Shown: positions 37,927 through 48,679, counted from the whole stretch's first letter. The stretch: DNA of 61,770 bases, filler included, from 8 parts of 8 records of this genome joined end to end with filler, not necessarily neighbours in it; one strand, 5' to 3'. Notes: generated by a model from the sequence alone, not told the origin. Translations and numbers: made by a program.

Positions 37927-39984
37927 ATGTCGACAAACACTGAAACAGATCAAATTATTACAACCATCCAGGATGGATTGTTTTGGAGGATAATCCAGGC
38001 AGAATCCGTGACCTCTGGTGAACAGTTGTGGTTTAAATTATTAACGGAAAAATATGCCGCAGAATCTGATATTGTGGCGATGTTTCACGAGTCCGCCTCC
38101 GTTTCAAAAACTCTTCAGTATGATAACATTATACCAACACTGGATCATGGCCAGGAAAATTCAAAGCATTTTTGGGTTATGAATCCATTTAAAGGTGTCC
38201 CCCTTGTCGACCATTTAATGAATGTGCATTGTATTGAAGAGAAAAAGGCCGTTAATATTATATTACAGGTCTGTGGAGCACTGCAGCATGCCCATCTCAG
38301 CGGTGTTTATCATGGGGGATTGACGCCGGATAGTATATTTATTAATCAGAAAAATCATATTTCTATTATTAATTTTGGTTGTGCACCCATTCTAAATCTG
38401 CTTGTGCAGAGGCGTGACAAAAATGCATTATATGTGGCTGCTTATCTTTCTCCTGAAAGGCTCAGAGATTCAGGCACTGTTAATAGCCGCACTGAACTTT
38501 ATTCCGTGGGTGCCATTTTTTATCAACTATTGACAGGCTATCTTCCGTTCAAAGGCGAAAATTTAGGTGATATTCAGGACACAAAGGAGCGGGTTTTTCC
38601 TTCACCGCGTGAGTATAATAAGGAAATCTCGCCTCACATTGACAAATGTGTCATGAAATTACTGGCAAAACAACCGGGTGACAGATATCCTAATTTTGTA
38701 AGTTTTATACAAGATCTTACATACAATACGGGTGATGTGGAACCGGATAATAACATCCCAATACATGAAACGGGTTTTATTGACCCTAATGCCGGGATTC
38801 GCGGATTTTCTCACAAGTGGGCACCTACATGGGTCGGGAACAAACGGAGATTGGCTTCTGTTTTTATGATTATTTTAATGGTTTTTATCATTGCCGCTTC
38901 AGTTATTTTTCTGTCAGATATTGATATATATCAAACGTCGCAGGTATTATCATCGCAGGACAATGTTAAAAGTGAGGAAATAAATTCTGCCGACAACATT
39001 GACAAAATAAAAGATAATAGCGATAAAAATATAAATCCAATCAAGGATTCGTTAAACAAGAATGAAAAAGGTCAAAAGAATCTTAATGCCATTCGTAATT
39101 CAGCATCAAAACCAAAAGCAGACAGAATAGTAACGGCGACAAAATTACCTGTTGAATCCGTTAAAAGCAATGCTCAAAAAATGGGATCTGATGCAGGGCT
39201 TTTTAAAAATTATAGGGCTTCCATTGAACAACCGATATCCTTAATGGAGGATATCCCTGGAAATCCCATCCGTGAAAAAACTAATGCCACTTTGATTGTA
39301 AACACGTTTATCGATTCTCTACCTGTTTCAGCTCTCGTTTATTTGAATGATAAATTTGCAGGCAATACAAATGGAATGGATCCTCACTACATAACCGGAT
39401 TAAAAGCCAATGAGAGTTATTCAGTAAGAATCCAAAAAGCGGGATTTAAAATCTGGGAGCAAAAGTTTACAGTTTCTGAAAATGATTCGTTACATATTCA
39501 TGCCATTCTTGAGACAAAAGCGGATGCTTTAAGACGATTCCGTTTTGCAAAAGTGTCCTTTGCCGATAAAATAATTTTGGATAATCGATTGCCATCCCAG
39601 TTTTTACCCTATTCGGTTGATTTGCCAATAGGGATTCATACTGTCACCTATATCGATTCAAAGAATGATTTTACCTGGAACACTCATATCTCTTTGGATA
39701 TGAACAGCGATAAAGATATCTTTTTTTATGCGGAACAAGTGGGATTTGGCATTTTGGATATCGGTATTCCCCCGGATTTATTGGCAAATGGTTCTGTTCG
39801 TGTTAAAGTCGATGGTTTGGAATTGGCTCGTCAGAATCTCTCTTCTCAATTGAGACTGGCTGTTGGCTGGCATCGTATCATTGTTGAACGAAAGAATTAT
39901 CGTTCCATACCGGATGGAAAAATAGTTCATATACCGGCTAATGGAAAAAAATATATTGATTTTCAATTCATACCTTTAGAATAA
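37927..39984 (+). CDS. Membrane-anchored Ser/Thr protein kinase-like protein (pseudokinase) with PEGA-like extracellular domains
   Basis: Kinase fold (YLSPE, ELYSVGAIFYQLLTGYLPF), but HRD is HGG and DFG is NFG. One TM helix and PEGA-like repeats follow. Confidence 0.8.
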   Translation: MSTNTETDQIITTIQDGLFWRIIQAESVTSGEQLWFKLLTEKYAAESDIVAMFHESASVSKTLQYDNIIPTLDHGQENSKHFWVMNPFKGVPLVDHLMNVHCIEEKKAVNIILQVCGALQHAHLSGVYHGGLTPDSIFINQKNHISIINFGCAPILNLLVQRRDKNALYVAAYLSPERLRDSGTVNSRTELYSVGAIFYQLLTGYLPFKGENLGDIQDTKERVFPSPREYNKEISPHIDKCVMKLLAKQPGDRYPNFVSFIQDLTYNTGDVEPDNNIPIHETGFIDPNAGIRGFSHKWAPTWVGNKRRLASVFMIILMVFIIAASVIFLSDIDIYQTSQVLSSQDNVKSEEINSADNIDKIKDNSDKNINPIKDSLNKNEKGQKNLNAIRNSASKPKADRIVTATKLPVESVKSNAQKMGSDAGLFKNYRASIEQPISLMEDIPGNPIREKTNATLIVNTFIDSLPVSALVYLNDKFAGNTNGMDPHYITGLKANESYSVRIQKAGFKIWEQKFTVSENDSLHIHAILETKADALRRFRFAKVSFADKIILDNRLPSQFLPYSVDLPIGIHTVTYIDSKNDFTWNTHISLDMNSDKDIFFYAEQVGFGILDIGIPPDLLANGSVRVKVDGLELARQNLSSQLRLAVGWHRIIVERKNYRSIPDGKIVHIPANGKKYIDFQFIPLE

Positions 39985-40069
39985 AACGTGCGAAATTTTC
40001 GTTAAATTATAATATAAGTTTGTCAAAAAGTTTTGTGAACCAAGATAAAGGTAGGATGCCTATTCAAGT

Positions 40070-40843
40070 TTGATACGCCCTTTAAATAAAATCCTTTTCT
40101 TTTTCTGCCATCTTTTAGTGTATGGATTCCTGCTGGTTTCTCCAATTTATGCACAAGAGGATAATGTACCACCGGATAAACCTCTTGATCTTGTGGTAAA
40201 TGGTACAAATCCGGGCGCATGGAGCACCAGATCCCAATTTATACTTGACTGGACAAATCCATACGATCCAAGTGGAATAAAAAAATACCACTACAAGATG
40301 GGTTCACGGCCTCTTTACCGAAGAGATGTCACAGGCAGTGGTCCGGCTACTCCGCCTGTTTCTATCGAATTGGCGAACGAGGGCGCACAATATCTTTATC
40401 TCTGGCTGGAAGATGGACAGGGGAATGCGGATAAATTTAACTATGAAAAGGTTTTGATAAAGTATGATGAAACACATCCGGTTATTGAAAAATGCCTGAT
40501 TGCAAACGCACAATATGATGGACAATGGATAAATCCCGATTCTACAGACCTGGCCATTATTCGGGTCCGTTATAATGAGAAGCATCCATCACTCGTACAA
40601 ATGCGTGCTGATTTCCTTGAATCAGAGTACTTGAAAACCGACATGCCAGGGGGGACCATAAATCAATTGATTTCAGAGTCAATATTACAAATTTTAAAGA
40701 TGGATGTTATCCTGTTTATATCACCTTGTCAGATAGCGTTGGCTATACGGTTATGGATACTCTTTTTGTTTGTATTGACAGTACAATACCGGATAATGCC
40801 AGGGTATTTTCTCCATCCATCAGTTCAAATAATCAGTTTTTAA
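40070..40843 (+). CDS. N-terminal part of a large secreted Ig/FN3-like repeat protein (frameshift at G6, 40649-40654)
   Basis: Signal peptide, then a repeat unit that recurs in 40726..43386. One extra G restores DMPGGDHKSIDFRV, which aligns with DVPAGENVFFDV in the second repeat. Confidence 0.7.
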   Translation: MIRPLNKILFFFCHLLVYGFLLVSPIYAQEDNVPPDKPLDLVVNGTNPGAWSTRSQFILDWTNPYDPSGIKKYHYKMGSRPLYRRDVTGSGPATPPVSIELANEGAQYLYLWLEDGQGNADKFNYEKVLIKYDETHPVIEKCLIANAQYDGQWINPDSTDLAIIRVRYNEKHPSLVQMRADFLESEYLKTDMPGGTINQLISESILQILKMDVILFISPCQIALAIRLWILFLFVLTVQYRIMPGYFLHPSVQIISF

Positions 40844-43386
40844 TTTCCTGGGAAAATGAGAACCAGGGGGATGACGGAGACGGGTCTGGGTTGGCAGGTG
40901 AATATGATGTCCGCGTTCGTGAAGATGATGGTGAGTGGTATACTTTTCTGGAACGGACAAAAGCGTCATCTACTTATTTTACCGGTGTGCAGGGCCATAC
41001 CTATTTTTTTGAGGTTGCTGCCTGGGATCAGGTTGGTAACAGAGAACCTTTTAACAATATCGCTGAATCAACCACAATTATAGTATCTTCCTTTCATGAC
41101 AATATTCCGCCCGACTTACCTACGGAACTTGAAGTATTATCCGGGAATCAAAATTCCTGGCAAAACTCACCCGTTTTTGATGTAACTTGGAAAAATCCAC
41201 AGGATCCGAGCGGTATTGAAAAGATATATTACAAACTCGGAGGCGAGCCGGAAAGCAACACAGATACAACTGGAACCGCTTTTGCCAATCAAAATTTAAG
41301 TATAGAAGCTACAAAGGAATATGGCCAGCTTTTGTTTGTCTGGCTCATGGATGGCAATGGTAACATGAATTTTACCGAATATAAAAGTGTCCCGCTTTAT
41401 TATGACGGTACCAACCCGGTTATTGATAGCGTACGTGTCCTGAATCCTTTTTCTGAACAGACGTTATTTAATCAGCAAGAAATTGGAGATGTTTCCTTTC
41501 GTATCTATTATGACGAATCCTCCCCGGAAAAAGTAACGTTGACGAATCCAAACCTTCCGGCCAGGATTTTTTCTGATGATGTGCCTGCCGGAGAAAATGT
41601 TTTTTTTGATGTTGAGCTACTCATGGCAGATGTTCCGGATGGTGAATACTGGATCTATTTTTCCATTGAGGATAAGGCCGGGAACAAGAGCCATCTGGAT
41701 TCGACTCTATTATGGCTGGATAGTACTCCCCCAAAGATTGTTCATGAAAATGATACATTATTTGTTAGTCCGGGTCAGCCATTTGAAGTAAATGCCTATA
41801 TATCTGACAAAAATTCAATAGAAAATGCTAGCCTGGATTATTGGATGTCCGGCAGTCGACGCAGGCAGAGTCTTGCGATGACGAACAAGAATGATTCTCT
41901 GTATCATGCCACAATCCCGGCTGATTCAGTAACCAGTCGTGGTTTACAATATATAATCCGGGCCAGTGACGGACTGTCTGAAAGCAGAGCACCGTCAATA
42001 GCGGCTATAGATACAATTTTTTCTGTTCCGGCACGGATAGTGGGAAATAATAAAAATGGTTTACAACAACCGTTTCCTCTCCCATTTGGAAGCGATGAAA
42101 ATGCCTTTCGCATGATTTCTTTTCCTCTGCAAATGGACAATGCATCTTCCCGGGCTATTTTGGAAGATGATTTGGGGCCCTATAATACGGAAAAATGGCA
42201 ATTCTTTTATTGGAATGCCTCAGAAAACGTATTTTATGAATATCCGGAAACAGATTCGTTGTTTCCCGGACGGGCCTATTGGCTGTTAAATACCATGCCG
42301 GATATGTACATAGATACTGGCCCGGGCACATCTGTAAATGCGTCGACTCCCTTTGTTATTCCTCTGCATCCGGGTTGGAATGATATTGGCAATCCGTTCC
42401 ATTTCGAAATAGATTGGCAGGATATTTTTGACATAAGCGATTTGGATGTTGAATCCATAATGGGTCCATACACATATCAGGGACGGTGGTTGTTACCTTT
42501 TGAAATAGAAAAGATGAAACCGTGGGAAGGATATAGTCTTTACGTTGAATCAGAGAATCAGGATCTTGTTATTCCAGTAAAGCAGACCATCAAGGACATC
42601 AAGAAACAAGCAACCACAAAAACTTTTGATAATGCAACCTGGTGTTATTCAATTGAAGCACTTCAGGGCAAGTCGGTTGATTCTGGTAATCTCTTTGGCA
42701 GTTTAGAAGAAGCAACGGAATCGTTGGACTATGGGTATGATTTTATCGAACCTCCGGCTATTGGTTCCTTTATTTCTGCGTATTTTAAACATGAAGATTA
42801 TGACTTGCAGGAGAGTAAATATTCAACAGATTTTAAAAATGCCGGTAATGGCGGAGTGTGGTCACTTGACGTCTCCTCTAATGTGTTCGACCAGGAAGCC
42901 ACACTGGGTTTTCATAAAGTCAAAGCGTTACCAGGTGCTTTCAAACTAACCCTTGTGGACGTGGACGATCAAATTTCTGTAGATTTATTACAGGATTCCA
43001 CTTATTCTTTCTCGTTTACAAAGGAAGAGCCAGTGAAACATTTCACGATTTATGTTGGCAGTACAGATTTTATGACGGATTTCCAGGACGCAATACCCAT
43101 AGAATCTGATGAATATCTACTTGTACAGAATTTTCCCAATCCATTTAATGGTTCAACCACCATTAAATATGAGTTAAAAGAAGATACGGATGTAAAAATA
43201 GCCATTTACAATCTTTTGGCACAGCAGGTCAAACTTGTTTATTCGGGACTACAGCCCAAAGGCGTTTATCAATATCTGTGGGATGCAAAAGATGATGATT
43301 TCAGAGATGTGGGAACAGGGATTTATATATTGCGACTGGAAACGGCATCCTTTACGGCAACCAGAAAAATGATTTACATGCGTTAA
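40726..43386 (+). CDS. C-terminal part of the secreted protein, with FlgD-Ig/T9SS-like C-terminal sorting domain
   Basis: Ends LVQNFPNPFNGSTTIKY...WDAKDD...TGIYILRL...RKMIYMR, typical of FCB-group (KSB1/Calditrichota) secreted proteins. Confidence 0.8.
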   Translation: MSDSVGYTVMDTLFVCIDSTIPDNARVFSPSISSNNQFLISWENENQGDDGDGSGLAGEYDVRVREDDGEWYTFLERTKASSTYFTGVQGHTYFFEVAAWDQVGNREPFNNIAESTTIIVSSFHDNIPPDLPTELEVLSGNQNSWQNSPVFDVTWKNPQDPSGIEKIYYKLGGEPESNTDTTGTAFANQNLSIEATKEYGQLLFVWLMDGNGNMNFTEYKSVPLYYDGTNPVIDSVRVLNPFSEQTLFNQQEIGDVSFRIYYDESSPEKVTLTNPNLPARIFSDDVPAGENVFFDVELLMADVPDGEYWIYFSIEDKAGNKSHLDSTLLWLDSTPPKIVHENDTLFVSPGQPFEVNAYISDKNSIENASLDYWMSGSRRRQSLAMTNKNDSLYHATIPADSVTSRGLQYIIRASDGLSESRAPSIAAIDTIFSVPARIVGNNKNGLQQPFPLPFGSDENAFRMISFPLQMDNASSRAILEDDLGPYNTEKWQFFYWNASENVFYEYPETDSLFPGRAYWLLNTMPDMYIDTGPGTSVNASTPFVIPLHPGWNDIGNPFHFEIDWQDIFDISDLDVESIMGPYTYQGRWLLPFEIEKMKPWEGYSLYVESENQDLVIPVKQTIKDIKKQATTKTFDNATWCYSIEALQGKSVDSGNLFGSLEEATESLDYGYDFIEPPAIGSFISAYFKHEDYDLQESKYSTDFKNAGNGGVWSLDVSSNVFDQEATLGFHKVKALPGAFKLTLVDVDDQISVDLLQDSTYSFSFTKEEPVKHFTIYVGSTDFMTDFQDAIPIESDEYLLVQNFPNPFNGSTTIKYELKEDTDVKIAIYNLLAQQVKLVYSGLQPKGVYQYLWDAKDDDFRDVGTGIYILRLETASFTATRKMIYMR

Positions 43387-43641
43387 TTATGGTCATATAA
43401 AGCTGTCAGCCTGGATTTTATAAAAAGGGGATAATATATAGAATGCAGGGGATCTTCCGTTTCTGTCCTGACTGGCCATCCATGAAAACAAATCAAGTAA
43501 ATGTCACGAAAATAGAATAATGTGAAACCGGATGTCCTGAAAAGACGTACATAGAACAACCGGTGTAATCATGTTTTTTTGAATCATTGTGAAAAGAAAA
43601 GTGCACAACAGATAACATAATCGGAAAATGGAAAGAGAGAT

Positions 43642-44619
43642 ATGGATCTACTTGAATTTGAACAGGACTTATGGCAGCAGGGATATCAGTACATTGCCGG
43701 TGTGGATGAAGCAGGTCGGGGTCCTCTGGCCGGACCTGTGGTTGCCGCGGCTGTCATATTTCCACCTACTTTGGCTCCTCTTGAAATGATAAACGATTCA
43801 AAAAAACTATCCCACATTCAGCGCCAAAAAGCCATGAAAATTATTAAAGAAAACGCACTTGCTATTGGCGTGGGTATTGTCTCTAATGAGGATATTGATA
43901 AAATAAATATATTGCAGGCCACGTACAAAGCCATGACGAAAGCCATTTTTTCTTTGCACCGTCAACCTGATTACATCCTTTTTGATGGCCGGGGCGCACC
44001 GCCATGTCAATGTGATTACAAGTGTCTTGTCAAAGGTGACTCACGATCCATGTCTGTTGCGGCGGCTTCCATCATTGCCAAAGAAACCCGTGATACCATA
44101 ATGAAAGAATATGATGTGTCCTATCCGGAATATGGTTTTGCCAGACATAAGGGCTATCCAACACAAAAACATATGGATGCTATTTTGGAAAATGGGCTGA
44201 GTCCTTTACACAGACGCTCATTCAGACCGAAAAGACTTTTAGATTTTTATGAAAAAGCTAATACCACAAAACTGGGACGACAGGGTGAAGATATTGCTGC
44301 CTCTTATCTGACTGGTTGTGGAATGAAGATCCTGGAGCGGAATTTTCGCGCTGAAAGAGGCGAGATTGATATCATCGCCAAGGATAACACAACTTTGGCG
44401 TTTATTGAAGTAAAGTCGTGCAAAAGCAAGGCATTTGGAGAACCGGAAACCTGGGTGACATTACAAAAGCAAAAACAGATCGGCAAGGTTGCGCAGGCCT
44501 TTCTGCAAAAACATGACATCGATAATATGGATTGCCGTTTTGATGTGGTCGCTGTCACTTTTGACAGACAAAAATCAACTGTTCGATACATAAAGGACGC
44601 GTTCTGGCTGCAAGAATAA
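43642..44619 (+). CDS. rnhB: Ribonuclease HII fused in frame to a YraN (UPF0102) nuclease domain
   Basis: GVDEAGRGPLAGPV, DSKKL, KGD..SVAAASIIAK and HRRSF, then GRQGEDIA...RNFR...GEIDII...FIEVK...RFDVV. Confidence 0.92.
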   Translation: MDLLEFEQDLWQQGYQYIAGVDEAGRGPLAGPVVAAAVIFPPTLAPLEMINDSKKLSHIQRQKAMKIIKENALAIGVGIVSNEDIDKINILQATYKAMTKAIFSLHRQPDYILFDGRGAPPCQCDYKCLVKGDSRSMSVAAASIIAKETRDTIMKEYDVSYPEYGFARHKGYPTQKHMDAILENGLSPLHRRSFRPKRLLDFYEKANTTKLGRQGEDIAASYLTGCGMKILERNFRAERGEIDIIAKDNTTLAFIEVKSCKSKAFGEPETWVTLQKQKQIGKVAQAFLQKHDIDNMDCRFDVVAVTFDRQKSTVRYIKDAFWLQE

Positions 44620-44631
44620 AAAGGAGATAAT

Positions 44632-44973
44632 GTGAAGTTTTTAAAAACTGCGAGAGCTTTTATTTTAGAAATTGCCAAGTGGGGTCTTGTTTTATGGTTG
44701 TTACTTCCTCTTCGTTTAGCCATGACAGAACGTGTAGATTTTGCCCGCATCACTGCCGGTATCCTGCTATTTATTATATTCACCGGAAAAATGCTGTATG
44801 ATATAATCCTGGATCCGTGGATGAAGACCTCGGAAAAAAGCGCATCCGTGGACTTGTTGAGAATGCTAGGAGTTGTGGTCGTTATTGCCCTGGTCGTGGG
44901 GATTGTCATCTTTTTTATTGGCCTGCTGGCCTATAGTTATTTTCAAATGGGCCTGGAACCTGCGGAAAGTTAA
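44632..44973 (+). CDS. Hypothetical membrane protein (3 TM)
   Basis: AAGGAG RBS and three hydrophobic segments. Confidence 0.7.
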   Translation: MKFLKTARAFILEIAKWGLVLWLLLPLRLAMTERVDFARITAGILLFIIFTGKMLYDIILDPWMKTSEKSASVDLLRMLGVVVVIALVVGIVIFFIGLLAYSYFQMGLEPAES

Positions 44974-45148
44974 GAAAGCGAGAAAAGGTGTGACGAAACA
45001 AAATTTAAGGACCGATATGTAAATAGATGTTAAAGAAAGATCTGTTTGGATAAAAGTCATCAGCCAGATCATTTATGTTTTTAGCACCCTTTAAAGCCTT
45101 CAGAAAATAGAGTTTTTGAGACTGGCTTGTATCGTGACCGAATATGGT

Positions 45149-46489
45149 TCAGGGTTGCCATTGTAATATGTTTACCGAACTGCTTCTGGTGATCTCAAAC
45201 TCCGGAACAGGTTGACCCTGGGGGAAATGGAACGCAAATTGAAAAAATAAATCCAGACGATGCTGCAATTGCCATAACTTTTTGTCATAATTGGGTTCCC
45301 ACGCCGGTAACGGACTATCATAAATATCAAATTCCTGCCACAGGTCATAGGGTTCATTGGATGATGTTACTATCCGGATTCGATCCCCTTTTTCACTGTC
45401 ACGAAAAATGATATACACTGTATTATCCTGTGCTATGGCGATGTTCGGGTTGGACATCGTAAGAACTTTTTCCCACTCATTTTTACCATCTAGCGGCATA
45501 TTTCGTCGGGAAATTTGCCGCGCCAGCCATGTGGTGCCATTCCACCACCGATGGACATATTGAGGAATGCCATTTGTGTCGTTTTTATAGTAGGCTATAT
45601 GCGGCCTGTTGTGAGAGTCCATGGCTATGGATGCCTGTCCTTCTGAATCGGAACCGGATATCTTTTCAATGATCTGTGACTTTTCTCCGGATAGTGGTAA
45701 AACGTATTCAGAATTATCACTTTTCATCCATGTTTTACCATCATCAAGGGATTTGGCATAACATACAAGAGTATTTTCACCCTGAGCTGTTGATGATCGC
45801 CAGGCCCAAACCAGATGCAAACTCTTTTGGGAATCTATGCAGAATGATGACCATGACAAAGCCTTACTCTGCGTGCTACTCACCAGAGGGTATTGTAATT
45901 TTTGCCAATTTCTGTTACTTTCATCGTATTTTATAATACACAACTCATTTTGATTTTTATGAATGTATTGGCATGAAAGGTATAGATCATGTTCCGGAGT
46001 ACTAACAAATTGTGGGTTAGAGATATGCTTTGAATTAATATCCATTAAGATAGGGTGAGGGGCAAATTTATAGGGATCTTGCGGTAAAGTGCTCTTGAAA
46101 TAGCTAAGAGAATCACTTTTTGATGTAAAGCAAAGATGTATGTAACCCTTTTTGTCTAATGCAAAAGAAAGAAATTTGTCTTTGTCTAGAGAGCCATATA
46201 GTTTTGTGAAAAAGGATTCCCAATTTTCATTGTCATGGTTGCGTCGGGAAAAAACAATTTGTCCGTCCGGGTCGTAATAAGCCAGATATTGATGGTTATT
46301 ATAGGTATAAATAGCGTTTTGATGATTGACGGATGTATTGACAGGGCTGCCAGCATAACCACGGCCAACATAAACCCGGCGGGCTGGATAGCCTTCACTA
46401 TAGTATTTTTTTTCAGAAGAAAACCGGCATGCTGAGAACATACTTGAAATCAGTAGTAAATATATGGGAATGGTTAAGCGTAGCATCAA
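45149..46489 (-). CDS. BNR-repeat (BNR_4-like) beta-propeller lipoprotein
   Basis: Lipobox FSAC, QYLAYYD, Asp-box SLDDGKTW and WEPNYD. Confidence 0.8.
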   Translation of the reverse strand: MMLRLTIPIYLLLISSMFSACRFSSEKKYYSEGYPARRVYVGRGYAGSPVNTSVNHQNAIYTYNNHQYLAYYDPDGQIVFSRRNHDNENWESFFTKLYGSLDKDKFLSFALDKKGYIHLCFTSKSDSLSYFKSTLPQDPYKFAPHPILMDINSKHISNPQFVSTPEHDLYLSCQYIHKNQNELCIIKYDESNRNWQKLQYPLVSSTQSKALSWSSFCIDSQKSLHLVWAWRSSTAQGENTLVCYAKSLDDGKTWMKSDNSEYVLPLSGEKSQIIEKISGSDSEGQASIAMDSHNRPHIAYYKNDTNGIPQYVHRWWNGTTWLARQISRRNMPLDGKNEWEKVLTMSNPNIAIAQDNTVYIIFRDSEKGDRIRIVTSSNEPYDLWQEFDIYDSPLPAWEPNYDKKLWQLQHRLDLFFQFAFHFPQGQPVPEFEITRSSSVNILQWQP

Positions 46490-46686
46490 ATTGAATCACG
46501 TAAGTGTGCTGGTTTGTGGATAGTTTTTAATTAATAAATCTTTTAAAATAGATTATTTCCATTAGAACTGCAAGAACATTTTAAAGAATAAGGATAACAG
46601 CTTGAAAACAGGGAGTTGAATAAGCGGTTTTATCATCACGCGCGGGTAAAGATGACTGCCTTTCATGAAAGAATTATACTGGTTTT

Positions 46687-48348
46687 TTAACATCTTGTGC
46701 AATGCTTACTGTTTTCTTTTTTTGCAGCTTGTTTTTGGGCTTTGGGAAGCCACTCAAGAACCATTTTGTGCTGCGGCTGTATGTCCAGACATTGTTCCCA
46801 TGCTGCCAAAACAGCATTCCAGTTTTTCAGCTCCCAATGGGCGCATCCAAGATTATAAAAAGCAGATGCATATAAAGGATTTATTTCGATCGCCTTTTGA
46901 TGATCCTGTAAAGCTTGTTTGAATCGACCTGTATTTCGATAACTGATACCACGATTGTTATAGGCAATGGCGTGCTGCGGATTCAGTTCAATAGCTTTGT
47001 CAAAGTCTTTTATAGCCTCCTGATGTTTGCCCATATTTCGGTAGCTCAAGCCGCGATTGTTAAAAGCCGGCACATAGGATGGATCAAGCTTTATCGCCTG
47101 TGAATAATTTCGTATTGCATCCTGCATTTTCCCAAGGTTTTTATAACAGGTACCCCGATTATTATAGGCAAATGCCTTGTGGGGATTCAATTCAAGGAAT
47201 TTATTGTAATCAGTCAAGGCCTTTTCATACTGTTCCGTCTCAAGATAATTATTTGCACGATTATTATAGGCCAGGGCGAACTGTGGATCCAGTTCAATGG
47301 CTTTATTGAAATCGTAAAGTGCTTTTGTGTTTTTATGTAAATCCTGGTACGCCGTTCCACGATTGTTATACGCTGCTGCATAGTGTGGATCAAGTTCGAT
47401 CGCCTTTGTATAATATAAAATCTTTAAATCGTTATCCGCAGTGTCATAACCCCGGTCAAACCAATCAATAGCCATTTGAGCTAATATGGTTTTGTCTGTT
47501 TGTTTAGATTCTGGCTGATGGTGTTCTGTATATGTCGACTGTTCCAGAGTGGTTGTTGTGGTTTTCTTTGCAATTCTTTTCACAATCGGTGTCGCGTATT
47601 CTATAATATCCTTATCAGTTTCATTGCTTAAATGTGATTTCAATTCTGCAAGAATTTCACCTGGTTCTGTTATTATACCGTCGGCCTCTCTTTGTTTGAA
47701 TTTATTGCCAGACTCTGAATTCCTGATATCGGTTTCTTTTAACATTCTGTCAATCGCCAGCCAGCCTCTTTTTCGATCCTGCGGTTTTTCCATTTGAGAT
47801 AGTGAATTTATGACATCAGCCAGTATGCTGGTTTTTGCTTTACTATATCGCTGATTCGCCTGAATATACGGGATCATATCAGATACTTTTTGATCAAATG
47901 TAAAGTTATAGCGGATATTTTTACCATCAGATGGAACATTGACGTTTGTATATGTTTCTTCCTGCTTGTAGGCCTCTTTCATTCTTGTCTGGGTTTTGAC
48001 AAGCAGTCGAAATTTTAATTCCTTGGCTGAAATGGCGAGCCGATTATATTTGTCATCAGCCGTATGTTTTGCTACAAACATATCCAGATGTGTCAGGTTT
48101 TTAATGTTTTGTTCCAATACCTCGAGACTGTCATGTGGGGCAACATTTATTTCACGGCTACAAAGGCTGTCAAATGTTGCTGTGAATTGGGCAAGGTCTT
48201 TTGTGCTCACGTTGTCTTTTTGGGATGCCACTTTTTGCATGTCTGTCAAAAGATCAAAATCATCCTCTTTTTCGACAAACGGAGCTTGAGAAACACAGCT
48301 GAGAAGAAAAAACACCAGGAAAATAACGAGTAAATTTTTCTTTTTCAT
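46687..48348 (-). CDS. Tetratricopeptide-repeat lipoprotein
   Basis: Lipobox LLSC and tandem 34-aa AYNNRG...A..D..KAIELDP repeats in the C-terminal half. Confidence 0.9.
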   Translation of the reverse strand: MKKKNLLVIFLVFFLLSCVSQAPFVEKEDDFDLLTDMQKVASQKDNVSTKDLAQFTATFDSLCSREINVAPHDSLEVLEQNIKNLTHLDMFVAKHTADDKYNRLAISAKELKFRLLVKTQTRMKEAYKQEETYTNVNVPSDGKNIRYNFTFDQKVSDMIPYIQANQRYSKAKTSILADVINSLSQMEKPQDRKRGWLAIDRMLKETDIRNSESGNKFKQREADGIITEPGEILAELKSHLSNETDKDIIEYATPIVKRIAKKTTTTTLEQSTYTEHHQPESKQTDKTILAQMAIDWFDRGYDTADNDLKILYYTKAIELDPHYAAAYNNRGTAYQDLHKNTKALYDFNKAIELDPQFALAYNNRANNYLETEQYEKALTDYNKFLELNPHKAFAYNNRGTCYKNLGKMQDAIRNYSQAIKLDPSYVPAFNNRGLSYRNMGKHQEAIKDFDKAIELNPQHAIAYNNRGISYRNTGRFKQALQDHQKAIEINPLYASAFYNLGCAHWELKNWNAVLAAWEQCLDIQPQHKMVLEWLPKAQKQAAKKENSKHCTRC

Positions 48349-48578
48349 GTGTTCACCTCTTGTTTTGCAGAGGTTAACGCCCTGCTTTTATGCAGGGTAA
48401 TTATTACCTTCTTTTTGTTTAACAAGAGTTGTGCATTAAAAAGTTCCCGGTAAATGAGCGTTTTCGTCTTCAACTCCCTTTCACTTTTACCATGAACCAG
48501 CCAGAAAAGAAAATAATGTTTTGTTCCGATCTGGCAGCCTATTTCATCTGCATACGGCGTCAACATCCCCCTAACCCC

Positions 48579-48678
48579 NNNNNNNNNNNNNNNNNNNNNN
48601 NNNNNNNNNNNNNNNNNNNNNNTTAATTAATTAANNNNNNNNNNNNNNNNNNNNNNNNNNNNNNNNNNNNNNNNNNNN
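48579..48678. other. Artificial contig spacer
   Basis: N44-TTAATTAATTAA-N44. Confidence 0.98.
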
Positions 48679-48679
48679 C

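Noticed and set aside
44304-44909. 201-aa minus-strand ORF
   Set aside because: It is antisense to the YraN domain and the membrane protein, with no recognisable features.
46687-47460. 102-bp periodic DNA similarity as a tandem repeat array
   Set aside because: It is explained by the TPR protein repeats.
48564-48578. CATCCCCCTAACCCC at contig end as the start of a REP-like repeat
   Set aside because: Only 15 bp are visible, which is not enough to support a call.
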